Source of the DNA: an uncultured delta proteobacterium
GTDB lineage: Bacteria > Desulfobacterota > Syntrophia > Syntrophales > UBA2185
DNA: 64,000 nucleotides
Direction of reading: 5' to 3'
Assembly (NCBI GenBank): GCA_963695875.1
Contig: CAVOID010000012.1
Span: 64,815 to 128,814 of the forward strand
Shown here: positions 1 to 10,096 of the stretch, in pieces
How the letters are laid out: each line of letters opens with the position of its first letter
Numbering within the stretch: the first letter of the stretch is position 1
Notes under the pieces: generated by a model
Databases searched by the model: none
Told to the model about the DNA's origin: nothing
Seen by the model: the letters and a program-made list of their open reading frames with translations, nothing else
Position numbers and translations under genes: made by a program

Positions 1-2
1 AT

Positions 3-494
3 CTCTATCAGAATCAGGAAGCACGTGAGAAAGAAGCCCAAATAGCAGGACTTGAAAAACAGCTGCCGCAGAATTTCCCCCGCATCGATCAGAATTTGGT
101 ATCGCAGATCGCCGCGAACGCTGTAAAGCGGGAACAGGTTTATAGGGAATACAGTGATAGATATCTTGGAATGGCCATTATCGGTGAATTGTCTTTACTG
201 ACTCCGGCAAATATTCGTCTCATTAATCTGAGGGCCCACATGGGTACTCTTCCATCGGGCAAAGGGTCTGCAAAAGATTTAAAAAAGGAAATTCCTAAGG
301 AAGAATTAAAGCATGTGGTGATTGAGGGCGTTGTTTTAGGTGATCGGAGGACACTTGAGTCATCGTTGGCTGGATATATAATGAAGTTGGAAGCATCGCC
401 AATATTCCGCCAGGTCAGTGTCCGGAAAAATAACATCGAGCCTTTTAAAAAGGATGAAGTCCTTTACTTCGTTATCGATATGCAAATAGGTTAG
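3..494 (+). CDS. Type IV pilus alignment protein, PilN-like C-terminus (possibly PilM-PilN/MshI-type fusion); 5'-truncated by window edge
   Basis: Frame is open from base 3. The C-terminal pattern (ELSLLTPANIRLINL...VIEGVV...LEASPIFRQV...FVI) is PilN-like. It is the first gene before PilO-like and secretin genes. Confidence 0.7.
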   Translation, partial: LYQNQEAREKEAQIAGLEKQLPQNFPRIDQNLVSQIAANAVKREQVYREYSDRYLGMAIIGELSLLTPANIRLINLRAHMGTLPSGKGSAKDLKKEIPKEELKHVVIEGVVLGDRRTLESSLAGYIMKLEASPIFRQVSVRKNNIEPFKKDEVLYFVIDMQIG

Positions 495-503
495 TATACG
501 GTC

Positions 504-1052
504 ATGGAAAAAATATTCGCAATAACGCCTAAGCGCACCATCATCTATGCACTTTTATGCCTGTCTGGCATTCTTTTCATTATTCTTGTCGGAATAATAC
601 CGAAACAGTTTTCTTTGGCGCGTTTAGATCAGAAGATCAAGAGTGTTCAGTTTCAGATCGAGGAACAAAAAAGCCTTTACCCCATTTATCAAGATTTGCA
701 GAAGAGAACTCAGGCCCGGGATTCGAAGGTTTTACCCTCCCCCGCGAGGGGCACGCTTTTACGAACACAGTTGAATGCAATTCCTGCGACTTTCAGAGAT
801 ATAGCAAGAAAGGCCAATCTTGATATGGTCTCGGCTTCTCCTGATTTGAATTCCTTATCCAGTGAGTCCAGGCTTCTTCAGGTTAACGCAGTTATCAGAG
901 GTAATTTTTTTAATTTTCGTAAATTCCTGATCGGTCTAGGAGAAGTGCCGTACCTGGAGCGTATTGAAGAAATTCAGATCCAGCAGAATGAGGATACGAT
1001 GGAATTCAAAATGAAGATTTGGCTTGCCCTTGCTCAGGGATCAGGTGATTGA
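504..1052 (+). CDS. PilO/MshJ-like pilus inner-membrane protein
   Basis: N-terminal TM helix, coiled coil, and PilO/GspM-like C-terminus (VIRGNFFNFRKFLIGL...RIEEIQI); operon position. Confidence 0.75.
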   Translation: MEKIFAITPKRTIIYALLCLSGILFIILVGIIPKQFSLARLDQKIKSVQFQIEEQKSLYPIYQDLQKRTQARDSKVLPSPARGTLLRTQLNAIPATFRDIARKANLDMVSASPDLNSLSSESRLLQVNAVIRGNFFNFRKFLIGLGEVPYLERIEEIQIQQNEDTMEFKMKIWLALAQGSGD

Positions 1053-1066
1053 GGTCAGAGGTTGAA

Positions 1067-1573
1067 ATGCCAAAACTGACAAAACAACAGATAATAATAC
1101 TTTCCATAATGGTTGTTGCAGTATTGTATGGTGTGTACGACTATTTTGTTGCACAACGAACTAAACCGGCCGTGATCGACATAGGGAAAAAATCCGCGGA
1201 ACTTGAGGTATTCAAGAATGATATTACCGCGAAGATACCAAAAGGTTCATCCGCTGCTGATGACTATATTGTCAGTCGTGCTGAAGTAGGGTGGACACAC
1301 GACCCTTTTTATGACAGCAGATCTTTCAGGGAATGGATAAGGTTCAAAGAACCAGCTAAAATAGGTATGAGAACATCGCAAAAAATATTTTTTGGTTATT
1401 CCGGTTTTCTGAAGGTCGATAAAAGAAAGGTCGCCATAATCAATGGCGCTGAGTATGAATCCGGTGATCCTTTAGAGATGGAGGGATATGTGCTGAAAAA
1501 TATTTATCCGGACAAAGTCGTGATTGTCAACACAAAGAACGGAGTAAAATTTGATGTTCCTTTGCAGGAATAA
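1067..1573 (+). CDS. PilP/MshK/GspC-like pilus accessory protein
   Basis: TM anchor, a DPF motif, and an AIING..Y..GD...GY.L..I..D.V beta domain; lies between PilO-like and secretin genes. The start may be 1049 or 1067. Confidence 0.6.
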   Translation: MPKLTKQQIIILSIMVVAVLYGVYDYFVAQRTKPAVIDIGKKSAELEVFKNDITAKIPKGSSAADDYIVSRAEVGWTHDPFYDSRSFREWIRFKEPAKIGMRTSQKIFFGYSGFLKVDKRKVAIINGAEYESGDPLEMEGYVLKNIYPDKVVIVNTKNGVKFDVPLQE

Positions 1574-1599
1574 CGTCAGCATGGGAGGGGGGATTTACC

Positions 1600-3228
1600 T
1601 TGGCCGATAAAAATTGTCGGAGAATAATTAAACAGCTTACCATTGTTCTTTCCCTGGGGGTGTTTATCGCCGGTTGCGCTGATAATAAGCTGGCGAAGAA
1701 AGATCCTTTTTTTGAAAAATGGGATACAATGGCGAAGACAAACACGGGGTACTCACCGGCTCCCAGATCACGCGAAAACATTCGGGAGTTAGTGAAAGAG
1801 GAAGAGGCACGTTTAAAAACACAGAAGGAACGTGTAAAAGGAATAACACTTCCCAATAATCCGGTCAGCCTGAAAATACGTCAATCAGATGTTAAGGTAG
1901 TACTGAGATCCCTGGCGCGTATTGTAAATCAAAATATTCTGATTAAAGACGATATAAAAGGAGAAATCAGTGTCGATTTTAAAGATACACCCTGGGACCG
2001 GGCTTTCAACAGTATTCTTAAGAACCAGGGTCTGGCATATGAGTGGGAAGGCAACATTATCAGAGTGATGACTATAGCCGACAAGGAACAGGATCTGAAG
2101 CGAAAAACTCAGGACAAGGATGAAAGACTGGTAGATCCGCTCATAACAGTGTTCATTCCTGTTGACTATGCGGATACCAAAACGCTCAGGGAAAATCTGC
2201 AGGATTTACTGACGAAGGATAAGGATGGCAAGCCGCGGGGATCAATCAGAGTTGATGAGTATACTCGTGGTCTGATTCTCCAGGCTATTCGGGACGATTT
2301 GGAAAAGATTATGCCGATTATTGACCAGATTGATAAGCCGACTCATCAAATTTTGATTAAAGCCAACATTGTCGAGACAACGAAAAGTACCGCGAGAAAC
2401 CTCGGTGTCCAGTGGGGTGGAATGTACAATCCTGCATTAGGCGACCACAATCTCTGGGTAACGCCGGGAGGAACCACGACTGTTGGAAGCGCAATATCTA
2501 ATCCTATATCCGGTGGATATGCACCTGTATTTGGTTCACCCGGCCTTAGCGGTCAGGGGTTCGGTGTGAATTTTCCGGCAGCTGCTTCAGCGATTGCGGC
2601 AGCTGGAGGGGCAGGTTCTTTAGGGCTCATATTCGGCACGATTGGCGGCAATATACTGGAGATGCAGCTAAACGCCCTTCAGAACGATGGAAAGTTGAAT
2701 ATCCTCTCCAGTCCATCTATTACCACTCTCGATAATCAAACGGCGTATACGGAAAATGGGGAGCGGGTTCCATATGTTACGCAGCAGGTGAGCGGCGGTA
2801 TCGTGACCAACACTGTGAGTTTTGAGGATGTTGTTCTCCGTCTCGAAATTACACCCCATGTAATTGATGATAAAAATCTCAAGATGAAAGTAGTCGTGAA
2901 GAAGAATGAGATTAACCCCGCACGCAATGTTCTGGGTAACCCGGGCATTTTCAAAAAGGAGACAAGTACCAATCTGATCGTCAGAGATGGAGAAACTATA
3001 GTTATTTCCGGATTGACAAAGGACACAGTCCAGGATTCTGAAAGCGGAATACCGGGGGTAAAAGATATCCCGGGGCTTGGATGGCTGTTCAAGGCAGTGG
3101 GGACAAGTGGAACCAAAGAGGAAGTTCTCATTTTTATAACTCCGAGGATACTGCCGGTTCCTACCGTGGCCGTTGTACCGAAGAGATCAGATAAAAAGGC
3201 AGACGAAGCTCCTGAAACAGATGAGTGA
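1600..3228 (+). CDS. pilQ: Type IV pilus secretin (lipoprotein-type PilQ/MshL family)
   Basis: Lipobox-like IAGC; STN and N domains; secretin motifs QILIKANIVE, ILSSPSITTLDNQ, DGETIVISGL, IPGLGWLF, LIFITPRI. Confidence 0.92.
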   Translation: MADKNCRRIIKQLTIVLSLGVFIAGCADNKLAKKDPFFEKWDTMAKTNTGYSPAPRSRENIRELVKEEEARLKTQKERVKGITLPNNPVSLKIRQSDVKVVLRSLARIVNQNILIKDDIKGEISVDFKDTPWDRAFNSILKNQGLAYEWEGNIIRVMTIADKEQDLKRKTQDKDERLVDPLITVFIPVDYADTKTLRENLQDLLTKDKDGKPRGSIRVDEYTRGLILQAIRDDLEKIMPIIDQIDKPTHQILIKANIVETTKSTARNLGVQWGGMYNPALGDHNLWVTPGGTTTVGSAISNPISGGYAPVFGSPGLSGQGFGVNFPAAASAIAAAGGAGSLGLIFGTIGGNILEMQLNALQNDGKLNILSSPSITTLDNQTAYTENGERVPYVTQQVSGGIVTNTVSFEDVVLRLEITPHVIDDKNLKMKVVVKKNEINPARNVLGNPGIFKKETSTNLIVRDGETIVISGLTKDTVQDSESGIPGVKDIPGLGWLFKAVGTSGTKEEVLIFITPRILPVPTVAVVPKRSDKKADEAPETDE

Positions 3229-3251
3229 GGAAGTGGAAAATTAATTAGGAA

Positions 3252-4805
3252 ATGGATTATTTCAGGATTCTAAACTTAAAAAAGGAGCCCTTTTCCAACT
3301 CACCGGAACCGGAATTTTTCTTCCAGTCTGCCAAACATGTGGGTTGCCTTCAGAAGCTGGAACTTGCCATACGTCTCCGCCGTGGATTGAGTGTCGTAAT
3401 TGGTGATGTGGGAACAGGGAAAACGACTCTCTGCCGGCAGCTAATCCTTAAATTTGCAGCTTCTGAGGAAGACAGACACCAGATTGAAACACATCTTATC
3501 ATGGATCCTTCCTTTACGAATGCGCTTGAATTCTTATCAACCGTGGCAATAACTTTTGGATTATCCGGTGCAGATATCAATATCAGTGAATGGCAGCTCA
3601 AGGAAAATATCAAGAATTATCTTTTTGGCAAAGGTGTCGATGAGGGTAAGATTGTTGTTCTCATCATAGATGAGGGACAAAAACTTCCGGACTACTGTCT
3701 CGAGATACTGCGTGAATTTCTCAATTACGAGACAAATGAGTATAAATTACTCCAGATAGTTATATTTGCTCAAAGTGAATTCGAGCAAATTTTTAAAACG
3801 CATAAGAATTTTGCCGATAGGATCAATTTCTATTATCTCCTGAAGCCTCTGAATTTTCGAGAAACCAGGGGTATGGTGAAATTTCGCATTGCGAAGGCAA
3901 GCGACACGGATATGACTGTTTCACTATTTACATATCCTGGACTGTGGGCTTTGTATGCGGCAACGAAAGGTTATCCGAGAAAGATTGTGACCCTCTGTCA
4001 TCAAATCATCTTGGCACTGATCATTCAGAATAGATCTAAAGCCGGTTGGTTTCTTGTACGTTCCTGTGCACACAGGATTCCTGCCGATCGAAGAAAAATT
4101 CTAAAATGGGTGACGGCATCAACCCTGGCCGTTATTTTCGCTATCATAGCTGTAGTAGGTTTTTCCCCTGAGAAAATAATGGGAATTAAGCCGGGGAATG
4201 AGCCGTTAAGCACAATAAAAACGCAGGAAATATCTTCATCGGGACAAACCGAGTCCATTGACTCAGATCACAGCACAAAACCACCTGTAAAGGAGGTGGC
4301 AACAACACAAAATGAAATACAAAGACAGAAAAAAATACCTGACCTTCTGGGAAAGTTGACTCTAAAAAAGGGAAGAACTGTATGGTGGGTGCTCTATGAC
4401 TTTTATGGAGATTTTAACAGTGTGCAGTTAAAAGCGGTTGCTCTTGCCAATCCGCATATTAAGGATCTCAATCGGGTAACTGCCGGTGAGGCAATTAAAC
4501 TCCCTGCTATTCCCGCTGAATCAAAACGATTACTGCCAGGGAAATTGTGGGTACAGGTTGCGAATAGTGAAAACATTGATGAGATGTATGAATTATACAA
4601 GAATTATGAATTCTCATCACCGTCTCTTAGGATTCTTCCATACTGGAATAGAAGAGAGGGACTGGTATTTGCCGTCTTCTTGAAGGATGGCTATTCTGAT
4701 ATGGAATCAGCACTGAACGTTGTAAGAAAGCTGCCACAGCCACTTGCGTCAAGTGCGAAAGTTTTGGCAAAATTGGATGATGATACGATTTTCTTTGCAA
4801 GATAG
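3252..4805 (+). CDS. ExeA/MshM-family AAA ATPase with TM helix and periplasmic LysM-/SPOR-like region
   Basis: N-terminal YF..L.L.KEPFSNSP.P.FFF; Walker A GDVGTGKTT; Walker B LIIDEGQ; TM segment; ANP.I.DLN.V.AG..I.LP (LysM-like). Confidence 0.85.
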   Translation: MDYFRILNLKKEPFSNSPEPEFFFQSAKHVGCLQKLELAIRLRRGLSVVIGDVGTGKTTLCRQLILKFAASEEDRHQIETHLIMDPSFTNALEFLSTVAITFGLSGADINISEWQLKENIKNYLFGKGVDEGKIVVLIIDEGQKLPDYCLEILREFLNYETNEYKLLQIVIFAQSEFEQIFKTHKNFADRINFYYLLKPLNFRETRGMVKFRIAKASDTDMTVSLFTYPGLWALYAATKGYPRKIVTLCHQIILALIIQNRSKAGWFLVRSCAHRIPADRRKILKWVTASTLAVIFAIIAVVGFSPEKIMGIKPGNEPLSTIKTQEISSSGQTESIDSDHSTKPPVKEVATTQNEIQRQKKIPDLLGKLTLKKGRTVWWVLYDFYGDFNSVQLKAVALANPHIKDLNRVTAGEAIKLPAIPAESKRLLPGKLWVQVANSENIDEMYELYKNYEFSSPSLRILPYWNRREGLVFAVFLKDGYSDMESALNVVRKLPQPLASSAKVLAKLDDDTIFFAR

Positions 4806-4831
4806 GAGAAAGCGGTCAGAGGTTGGGAAAC

Positions 4832-6537
4832 GTGATAACAAAAAAGAAATTAGGAGAGATGCTCATCGATGAGCATCTGCTTGACGGAAAGACAGCTCGA
4901 AAAAGCCCTTGCCGATCAGGAGAAGGCCGGCCTGAAGCTTGGGCAGTATCTTGTTCGGCAGGGGATTATAAGCGAACAACAGATCGTTGATGTTTTAGGC
5001 AGGCAGTTGAGACTCAGGAAATACCATCCCGATAGATTTCCTTTTGACATTGAACTTTCAAAGTTAATCCCTATAGATTATGCACAGAAGTATCAGGTTG
5101 CACCTTTAATGAGAAAGGGCCGTCTTTTAACGATTGCAATGACGGATCCTCTGGACATCAATGCTTTGGATGTCATAGAAATGCTGACGAATTGCGAAGT
5201 GGAAGCTATAGTTTGCACAGAACGTGAGTTGAACCAGTTGATCAGCAGTCTGTATGGTATTCAGTCGGGTTTCGGAAGTGTTCTGGAAAGTATGGATATT
5301 GAAGCACAGCCTGTTAAGGAAAAGGATGAGGAAGAAGCTGCAGATATTCAGTTAGCTTCACTTCAGAATATGGCTGGGGAGGCGCCCATTGTCAGACTTG
5401 CTAACTCTATCTTTGCTCAGGCCGTTCGCGAAGGCGCCAGTGATGTCCATATCAGTCCCCAGAAGAACAGCATCCAGGTTCGGTTCCGCATAGACGGCAA
5501 GCTCCATGAAGTGCCGTCTCCTCCTAAAGCTCTGTTTTTGCCAATTATCGCCAGGATAAAGATACTGGCCAATATGGATATTACGGTAACAAGAGTGCCG
5601 CAGGATGGGCGATTTACCCTCAGGATGGAAAAGAAAGAAATAAATGTCCGCATCTCTTCCATACCGACCATTCATGGAGAGAACATAGTTATGCGTCTTC
5701 TGGACACTGAGCGCCGGTGTCTATTCCCTGGATCGTCTTGGAATGGTCAAGGCGGATATTGAAAAAATTAAGTCTATCATAAAGAAACCTTATGGGATGA
5801 TCTTATGTACCGGACCGACAGGATCGGGAAAAAGTACAAGCATCTATGCCATCTTAAATGAACTCAATCAGCCGGACATCAATATTATGACCCTTGAAGA
5901 TCCCGTTGAATACCGGATTGAAAATATCAGGCAGATTCAGCTGAACCGGAAAGCGGGAATGACTTTTGCCAGCGGTCTCAGATCCATACTTCGTCAGGAC
6001 CCTGATATCATTATGGTGGGAGAAATTCGTGATGCTGAGACAGCAGCTATTGCTGTACAGGCGGCACAGACGGGTCATCGGGTTTTAAGCACTGTGCATA
6101 CTAATGACGCAGTAGGGGCAATAACAAGGTTCATTGATATGGGGATTGAACCTTTTCTTCTGTCTTCAACGCTTCTTGTGTCTATTGCCCAGCGATTAGT
6201 CCGCACCGTTTGTCCTTATTGCAGGGAGCCTTATAATCCACCGGAAAAAATACTTGCCTCATGGGGCCTTGAAAATTGGGATTTCGCAAATTTTCAGCGG
6301 GGCAGAGGGTGCAATCAATGTTTGAACACCGGTTACAAGGGGCGAACAGGTTTATTTGAGGTGCTTGTTAATGATGAGATGATTCAGGATTTGATTATGA
6401 AGAAAAAGTCAGCTCATGATATTACTCGCAAAGCAATAGATGCAGGCAACTTGAAAACATTGAAATATGATGCCGGCAATAAAGTGCTCAGGGGTATCAC
6501 CACCCTTGAGGAAGCGAGTTCAGCAGTGATGATGTGA
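4832..6537 (+). CDS. pilB: GspE/PilB/MshE-family pilus extension ATPase with N-terminal MshEN domain; two apparent +1 frameshifts (~4878, ~5708)
   Basis: GTG at 4832 gives [16 protein letters not shown], which continues in the frame of ORF 4869. ORFs 4869..5762 and 5743..6537 join at [16 protein letters not shown]. Motifs: [37 protein letters not shown], and the CPYC/CNQC zinc pair. Confidence 0.92.
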
Positions 6538-6583
6538 GTCAGTAACAGGGAGGTCAGGGATAAGGGAATAGGGAAATCCGAAC

Positions 6584-7807
6584 ATGCCTAATTATACATA
6601 TCAGGCTATAAATGAACGTGGGGCAATCATAACCGGCGATATTGAGGCCGAGTCACCCGATAGGGCCGCCAGCATGCTGGCTGAGAGGGGATATATCCCT
6701 TCTAAGGTAAAAGAGAAAAATTCCGGTTTTCGCTCTGAACGGTGGCTGAGGATTCGCCAAAAGATGAGCCCTGTGAAAATCTCGGATCTGATCCTTTTTA
6801 CTAAGCAGTTTCGTGCATTGTTTAAGGCAGGAGTGCCTATAGTAAGGGCTTTTCAGGTGTTGGAGGCACAAACGCAGGATCGCACTTTGAAAAAAGCCAT
6901 CGCTTCAATGTCTCAGAGTATCAAGCAAGGGTCCACACTCACTGCGGCCATGGAAAAGCATGACACAATATTCTCGCCGCTATACTGCAGCATGATAAGC
7001 GCCGGTGAAATGAGCGGTTCGGTTCCGGAGTCTCTCGAACGATTGATCTATATCATTGAACATGAGGCAAGGATCAAATCTGATATTAAATCGGCCTTAC
7101 AGTATCCTATTATTGTAACTATTGCCCTTGCCATTGCCTTCTTCGTACTGTTGACCTTTGTTATTCCAAAATTTGTGACTGTGTTTTCTAAGGCCGGTAT
7201 AGTCCTTCCCCTGCCGACCAAAATCGCGATAATGCTTTATGAGTTTTTATCAAACTATTGGTATCTGCTAATCGGTGGTGTCATTGCACTGATCATAGGG
7301 CTGAGAATCTATTTGAAGACAGAACAGGGGCAATATGTAAAAGATACAATTATCCTCCGTCTGCCCATTCTTGGTCCGCTTTTTGTGAAAGCTGCCATGT
7401 CACGCTTTGCCAGTATTTTTGGGATTTTGCAGTCGAGCGGCGTACCCATCATGACTGCTATGAAGATTTTGTCCGGCGTTATCGGCAATAAGGCAATCTC
7501 AGGTGAATTTGATCGCGTCAGGGATCAGATGAAGGAGGGCCGTGGTATAGCCGTACCTCTCAGTTCAGCAAAATACTTTCCTCCCATGGTTGTGGATATG
7601 GTGGCCATAGGTGAAGAAACCGGCAACATTGAAGAAATGCTCAAACAGGTAACTATTCATTACGATGATGAAGTCGGTTATTCTGTTAAGCGACTATCCG
7701 ACCTCATCGGTCCTGTTCTGGTAGTCGGTCTTGCCGCGGTTGTTGGGTTTTTTGCCCTGGCTATATTTCTCCCCATGTGGGACTTAACAAAAATGACCCA
7801 ACACTGA
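6584..7807 (+). CDS. pilC: GspF/PilC/MshG platform protein
   Basis: Two T2SSF repeats (AGEMSG, ALQYP, FVIPKF, GEETG, AIFLPMW). Confidence 0.93.
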   Translation: MPNYTYQAINERGAIITGDIEAESPDRAASMLAERGYIPSKVKEKNSGFRSERWLRIRQKMSPVKISDLILFTKQFRALFKAGVPIVRAFQVLEAQTQDRTLKKAIASMSQSIKQGSTLTAAMEKHDTIFSPLYCSMISAGEMSGSVPESLERLIYIIEHEARIKSDIKSALQYPIIVTIALAIAFFVLLTFVIPKFVTVFSKAGIVLPLPTKIAIMLYEFLSNYWYLLIGGVIALIIGLRIYLKTEQGQYVKDTIILRLPILGPLFVKAAMSRFASIFGILQSSGVPIMTAMKILSGVIGNKAISGEFDRVRDQMKEGRGIAVPLSSAKYFPPMVVDMVAIGEETGNIEEMLKQVTIHYDDEVGYSVKRLSDLIGPVLVVGLAAVVGFFALAIFLPMWDLTKMTQH

Positions 7808-7810
7808 AAG

Positions 7811-9145
7811 ATGAAAAAAAAGTATATCCCAATCAGCTTATATGTCATTATTCCATTTACTTTAAGTGGGCTCTCTCTCCTGTGGGTAATACTGACAGGA
7901 CGTTTGATCCATTCTTATGAAAAGTTTATGACCGGGCACATATGGTCGTTTATACTGTGGGGAGGGATCGTAGTCGTTTTATCCTACTTGATAAGCCTTC
8001 TGATTATTTGGATTGTCTTAAAGCCGGTTACCAGATTTGTTGAGACGGCGGAAAATCTGCCAGTTTTCCCGAAACATACAGGGGAAGAAGTTAAGGCGAA
8101 GGATGACATTGAACGATTCACGAAAGTATTTGATCAAATAACTTCAATCTTAGGCAAAGTTGAGGCAAGGGAGCTTTTCCCCGGTATTATAGGTCAAAGC
8201 AGGATCATGCGGGGATTGTTTACTCAGATAATAAAAGTATCACCGACAGATTCGACAGTACTCATCTTAGGTGAAAGTGGAACGGGAAAGGAACTTATTG
8301 CGGCGAGTATTTGCGAACATAGCCTTCGCAAGGGTAAACCCTTTGTGAAAATTAATTGTGTGGCCATTCCGGAAAATCTTCTGGAAAGCGAATTATTCGG
8401 TTACGAAAAAGGGGCATTCACGGGGGCGACGTCTCAAAAAATTGGTAAATTTGAACTGGCTACCGGTGGGACTATATTTCTAGATGAGATTGGAGATATG
8501 CCCCTTACGACACAAGCAAAGTTGTTGCGCGTACTCCAGGAAAAGGAATTTGAGAGGGTTGGGGGTAACCGGACGATCAAGGTGGATGTCCGCTTCATCA
8601 TTGCAACCAATAAGAACCTTCCGGAAATGGTCAGACAGGGGCAATTCCGGGAAGATCTCTATTACCGAATTAATGTCTTTTCCATTGTCCTGCCGCCGTT
8701 GAGAGATCGAAAAGAAGATATCCCCTACCTTGTTGATTATTTTTTGGGAAAAAACACAAAAGATGTGCAGATTTCACCTCAGGCCCTTCAGGTTATGACG
8801 GGGTATTCATGGCCGGGCAACATAAGAGAACTGCAGAATACTATAGAAAGGGCGGCTGTTTTAACTGAAAATGGGACTGTCGAGTCTGTTCATCTTCCTG
8901 CACAGATTATAGGTGCCATGACCACAGACTCTTCTTTATACAGTCAGCCATCTTTGAATTCTCTGACAGTTGACGATCGTCTGGATGAGATCGAAAAGGG
9001 TTTAATCATTGAGGCTCTGGCCCGTACAGGTGGTGTTCAAGTTAGGGCAGCGGAGCTGCTTGGTATTAACCAGCGGAGTCTCTGGCACAGAATCAAGAAA
9101 CATAGCATCGATACTGAGTCACTGAAAAATCTACAAAAAATGTAG
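7811..9145 (+). CDS. Membrane-anchored sigma-54-dependent transcriptional activator (2 TM + HAMP-like linker + AAA+ + Fis-type HTH)
   Basis: GESGTGKE, ESELFG.EKGAFTGA, FLDEIG, FREDLYYR, WPGNIREL; C-terminal RAAELLGI HTH; two N-terminal hydrophobic helices; no receiver domain. Confidence 0.9.
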   Translation: MKKKYIPISLYVIIPFTLSGLSLLWVILTGRLIHSYEKFMTGHIWSFILWGGIVVVLSYLISLLIIWIVLKPVTRFVETAENLPVFPKHTGEEVKAKDDIERFTKVFDQITSILGKVEARELFPGIIGQSRIMRGLFTQIIKVSPTDSTVLILGESGTGKELIAASICEHSLRKGKPFVKINCVAIPENLLESELFGYEKGAFTGATSQKIGKFELATGGTIFLDEIGDMPLTTQAKLLRVLQEKEFERVGGNRTIKVDVRFIIATNKNLPEMVRQGQFREDLYYRINVFSIVLPPLRDRKEDIPYLVDYFLGKNTKDVQISPQALQVMTGYSWPGNIRELQNTIERAAVLTENGTVESVHLPAQIIGAMTTDSSLYSQPSLNSLTVDDRLDEIEKGLIIEALARTGGVQVRAAELLGINQRSLWHRIKKHSIDTESLKNLQKM

Positions 9146-9148
9146 ATT
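9128..9148. promoter_or_regulatory. Perfect palindrome AATCTACA-N5-TGTAGATT, candidate activator binding site
   Basis: 8-bp inverted repeat about 160-180 bp upstream of the sigma-54 promoter, overlapping the activator's stop codon. Confidence 0.45.
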
Positions 9149-9308
9149 ATACTTCAATCGGTGCAGTTTTAGCGTTTAGATAGACAGATCTCCAAATAGA
9201 AAAAGTAGCTTTAGCCAGAACTATTTTTATAGTATGTCTCTGTAATAACAGGTGTTAATCGATTTTTGTTTATATTTATGGCAAATTATATATACGTAGC
9301 AGAGAGAA

Positions 9309-9324
9309 TGGCATGAGAGATGCT
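9309..9324 (+). promoter_or_regulatory. Sigma-54 (-24/-12) promoter of the major pilin
   Basis: TGGCATGAGAGATGCT: GG at 9310-11 and GC at 9322-23 separated by exactly 10 nt, 85 nt before the pilin ATG. Confidence 0.8.
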
Positions 9325-9408
9325 TATTACAAAATGCAAAAGACAATAAGTTAATGGATAATACATTTAGGGTATATTAAAGAAGTAAAACATCAGGAGG
9401 TTTTCTAA

Positions 9409-9837
9409 ATGAAAATTAAAACGAACATCAGAAACCAGAAGGGCTTCACCCTCATCGAAATCATCGCCGTATTAGTTATTCTCGGTATACTTGCAGCAGT
9501 GGCCATACCAAAGTATCTTGATATGCGCTCAGAGGCGGTGGCAAAAGCAGCGAGTGCGGCTGTTATGGAGTTAAATGCCCGTGAGCGTTTGAAACTGGCG
9601 GAATGGAAATTAAACGATCAGAATCTTCTCTATCCAGGACCCACGGATACCGCCGTGGTAGTGTCTGCTACTAAAACGATTCTGCCCGTCGACACGATAT
9701 TGGGTCCTGACTGGAATAACAATCTGGCTATCACTTCAGGAACTGGCTTCCTTCATCAGGGAAAGACAATCACGTTTACAAGAACTTCTCAACCAAATGA
9801 AAACGAACCAGCGTCTTGGGCTGTAACAGTGAGTTAG
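9409..9837 (+). CDS. Major type IV pilin (PilA/MshA-like)
   Basis: Class III signal QKG|FTLIEIIAVLVILGILAAVAIPKY; strong RBS AGGAGG; own promoter and terminator. Confidence 0.9.
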   Translation: MKIKTNIRNQKGFTLIEIIAVLVILGILAAVAIPKYLDMRSEAVAKAASAAVMELNARERLKLAEWKLNDQNLLYPGPTDTAVVVSATKTILPVDTILGPDWNNNLAITSGTGFLHQGKTITFTRTSQPNENEPASWAVTVS

Positions 9838-9952
9838 CTAAGCAGTGAGCTGTAATTAAGGATGTCATAACGCCAATTTTTGCTGTAATTTATTAACATA
9901 GAATGATGCGTGTTTTCATAAGCACATTATATGTATCATCATGAGAGACGTA

Positions 9953-9983
9953 AGGGGAATCGATGTGATTCCCTAATTTTTTT
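9953..9983 (+). terminator. Intrinsic terminator after major pilin
   Basis: Stem GGGAATC/GATTCCC, 5-nt loop, followed shortly by a T7 run. Confidence 0.6.
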
Positions 9984-10096
9984 CAATAAGATTTGAATAT
10001 TATTTGCCAAGTCCTTACATTCTAAGTATTCCCTCGGGATAAATGTTGGCCAAAAATTTGTTGATGTTTATGATTTTTAAGAATATCTAATTATTT

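Noticed and set aside
5700..5765. Programmed frameshift or genuinely split pilB
   Set aside because: No slippery heptamer, and similar indels occur throughout unrelated genes.
9409..9837. Major pilin as a conductive e-pilin
   Set aside because: The mature pilin (130 aa) has 9 aromatic residues including His (~7%) and lacks aromatics at positions 27, 32, 50/51 and 57, so it does not fit the Geobacter-type pattern.
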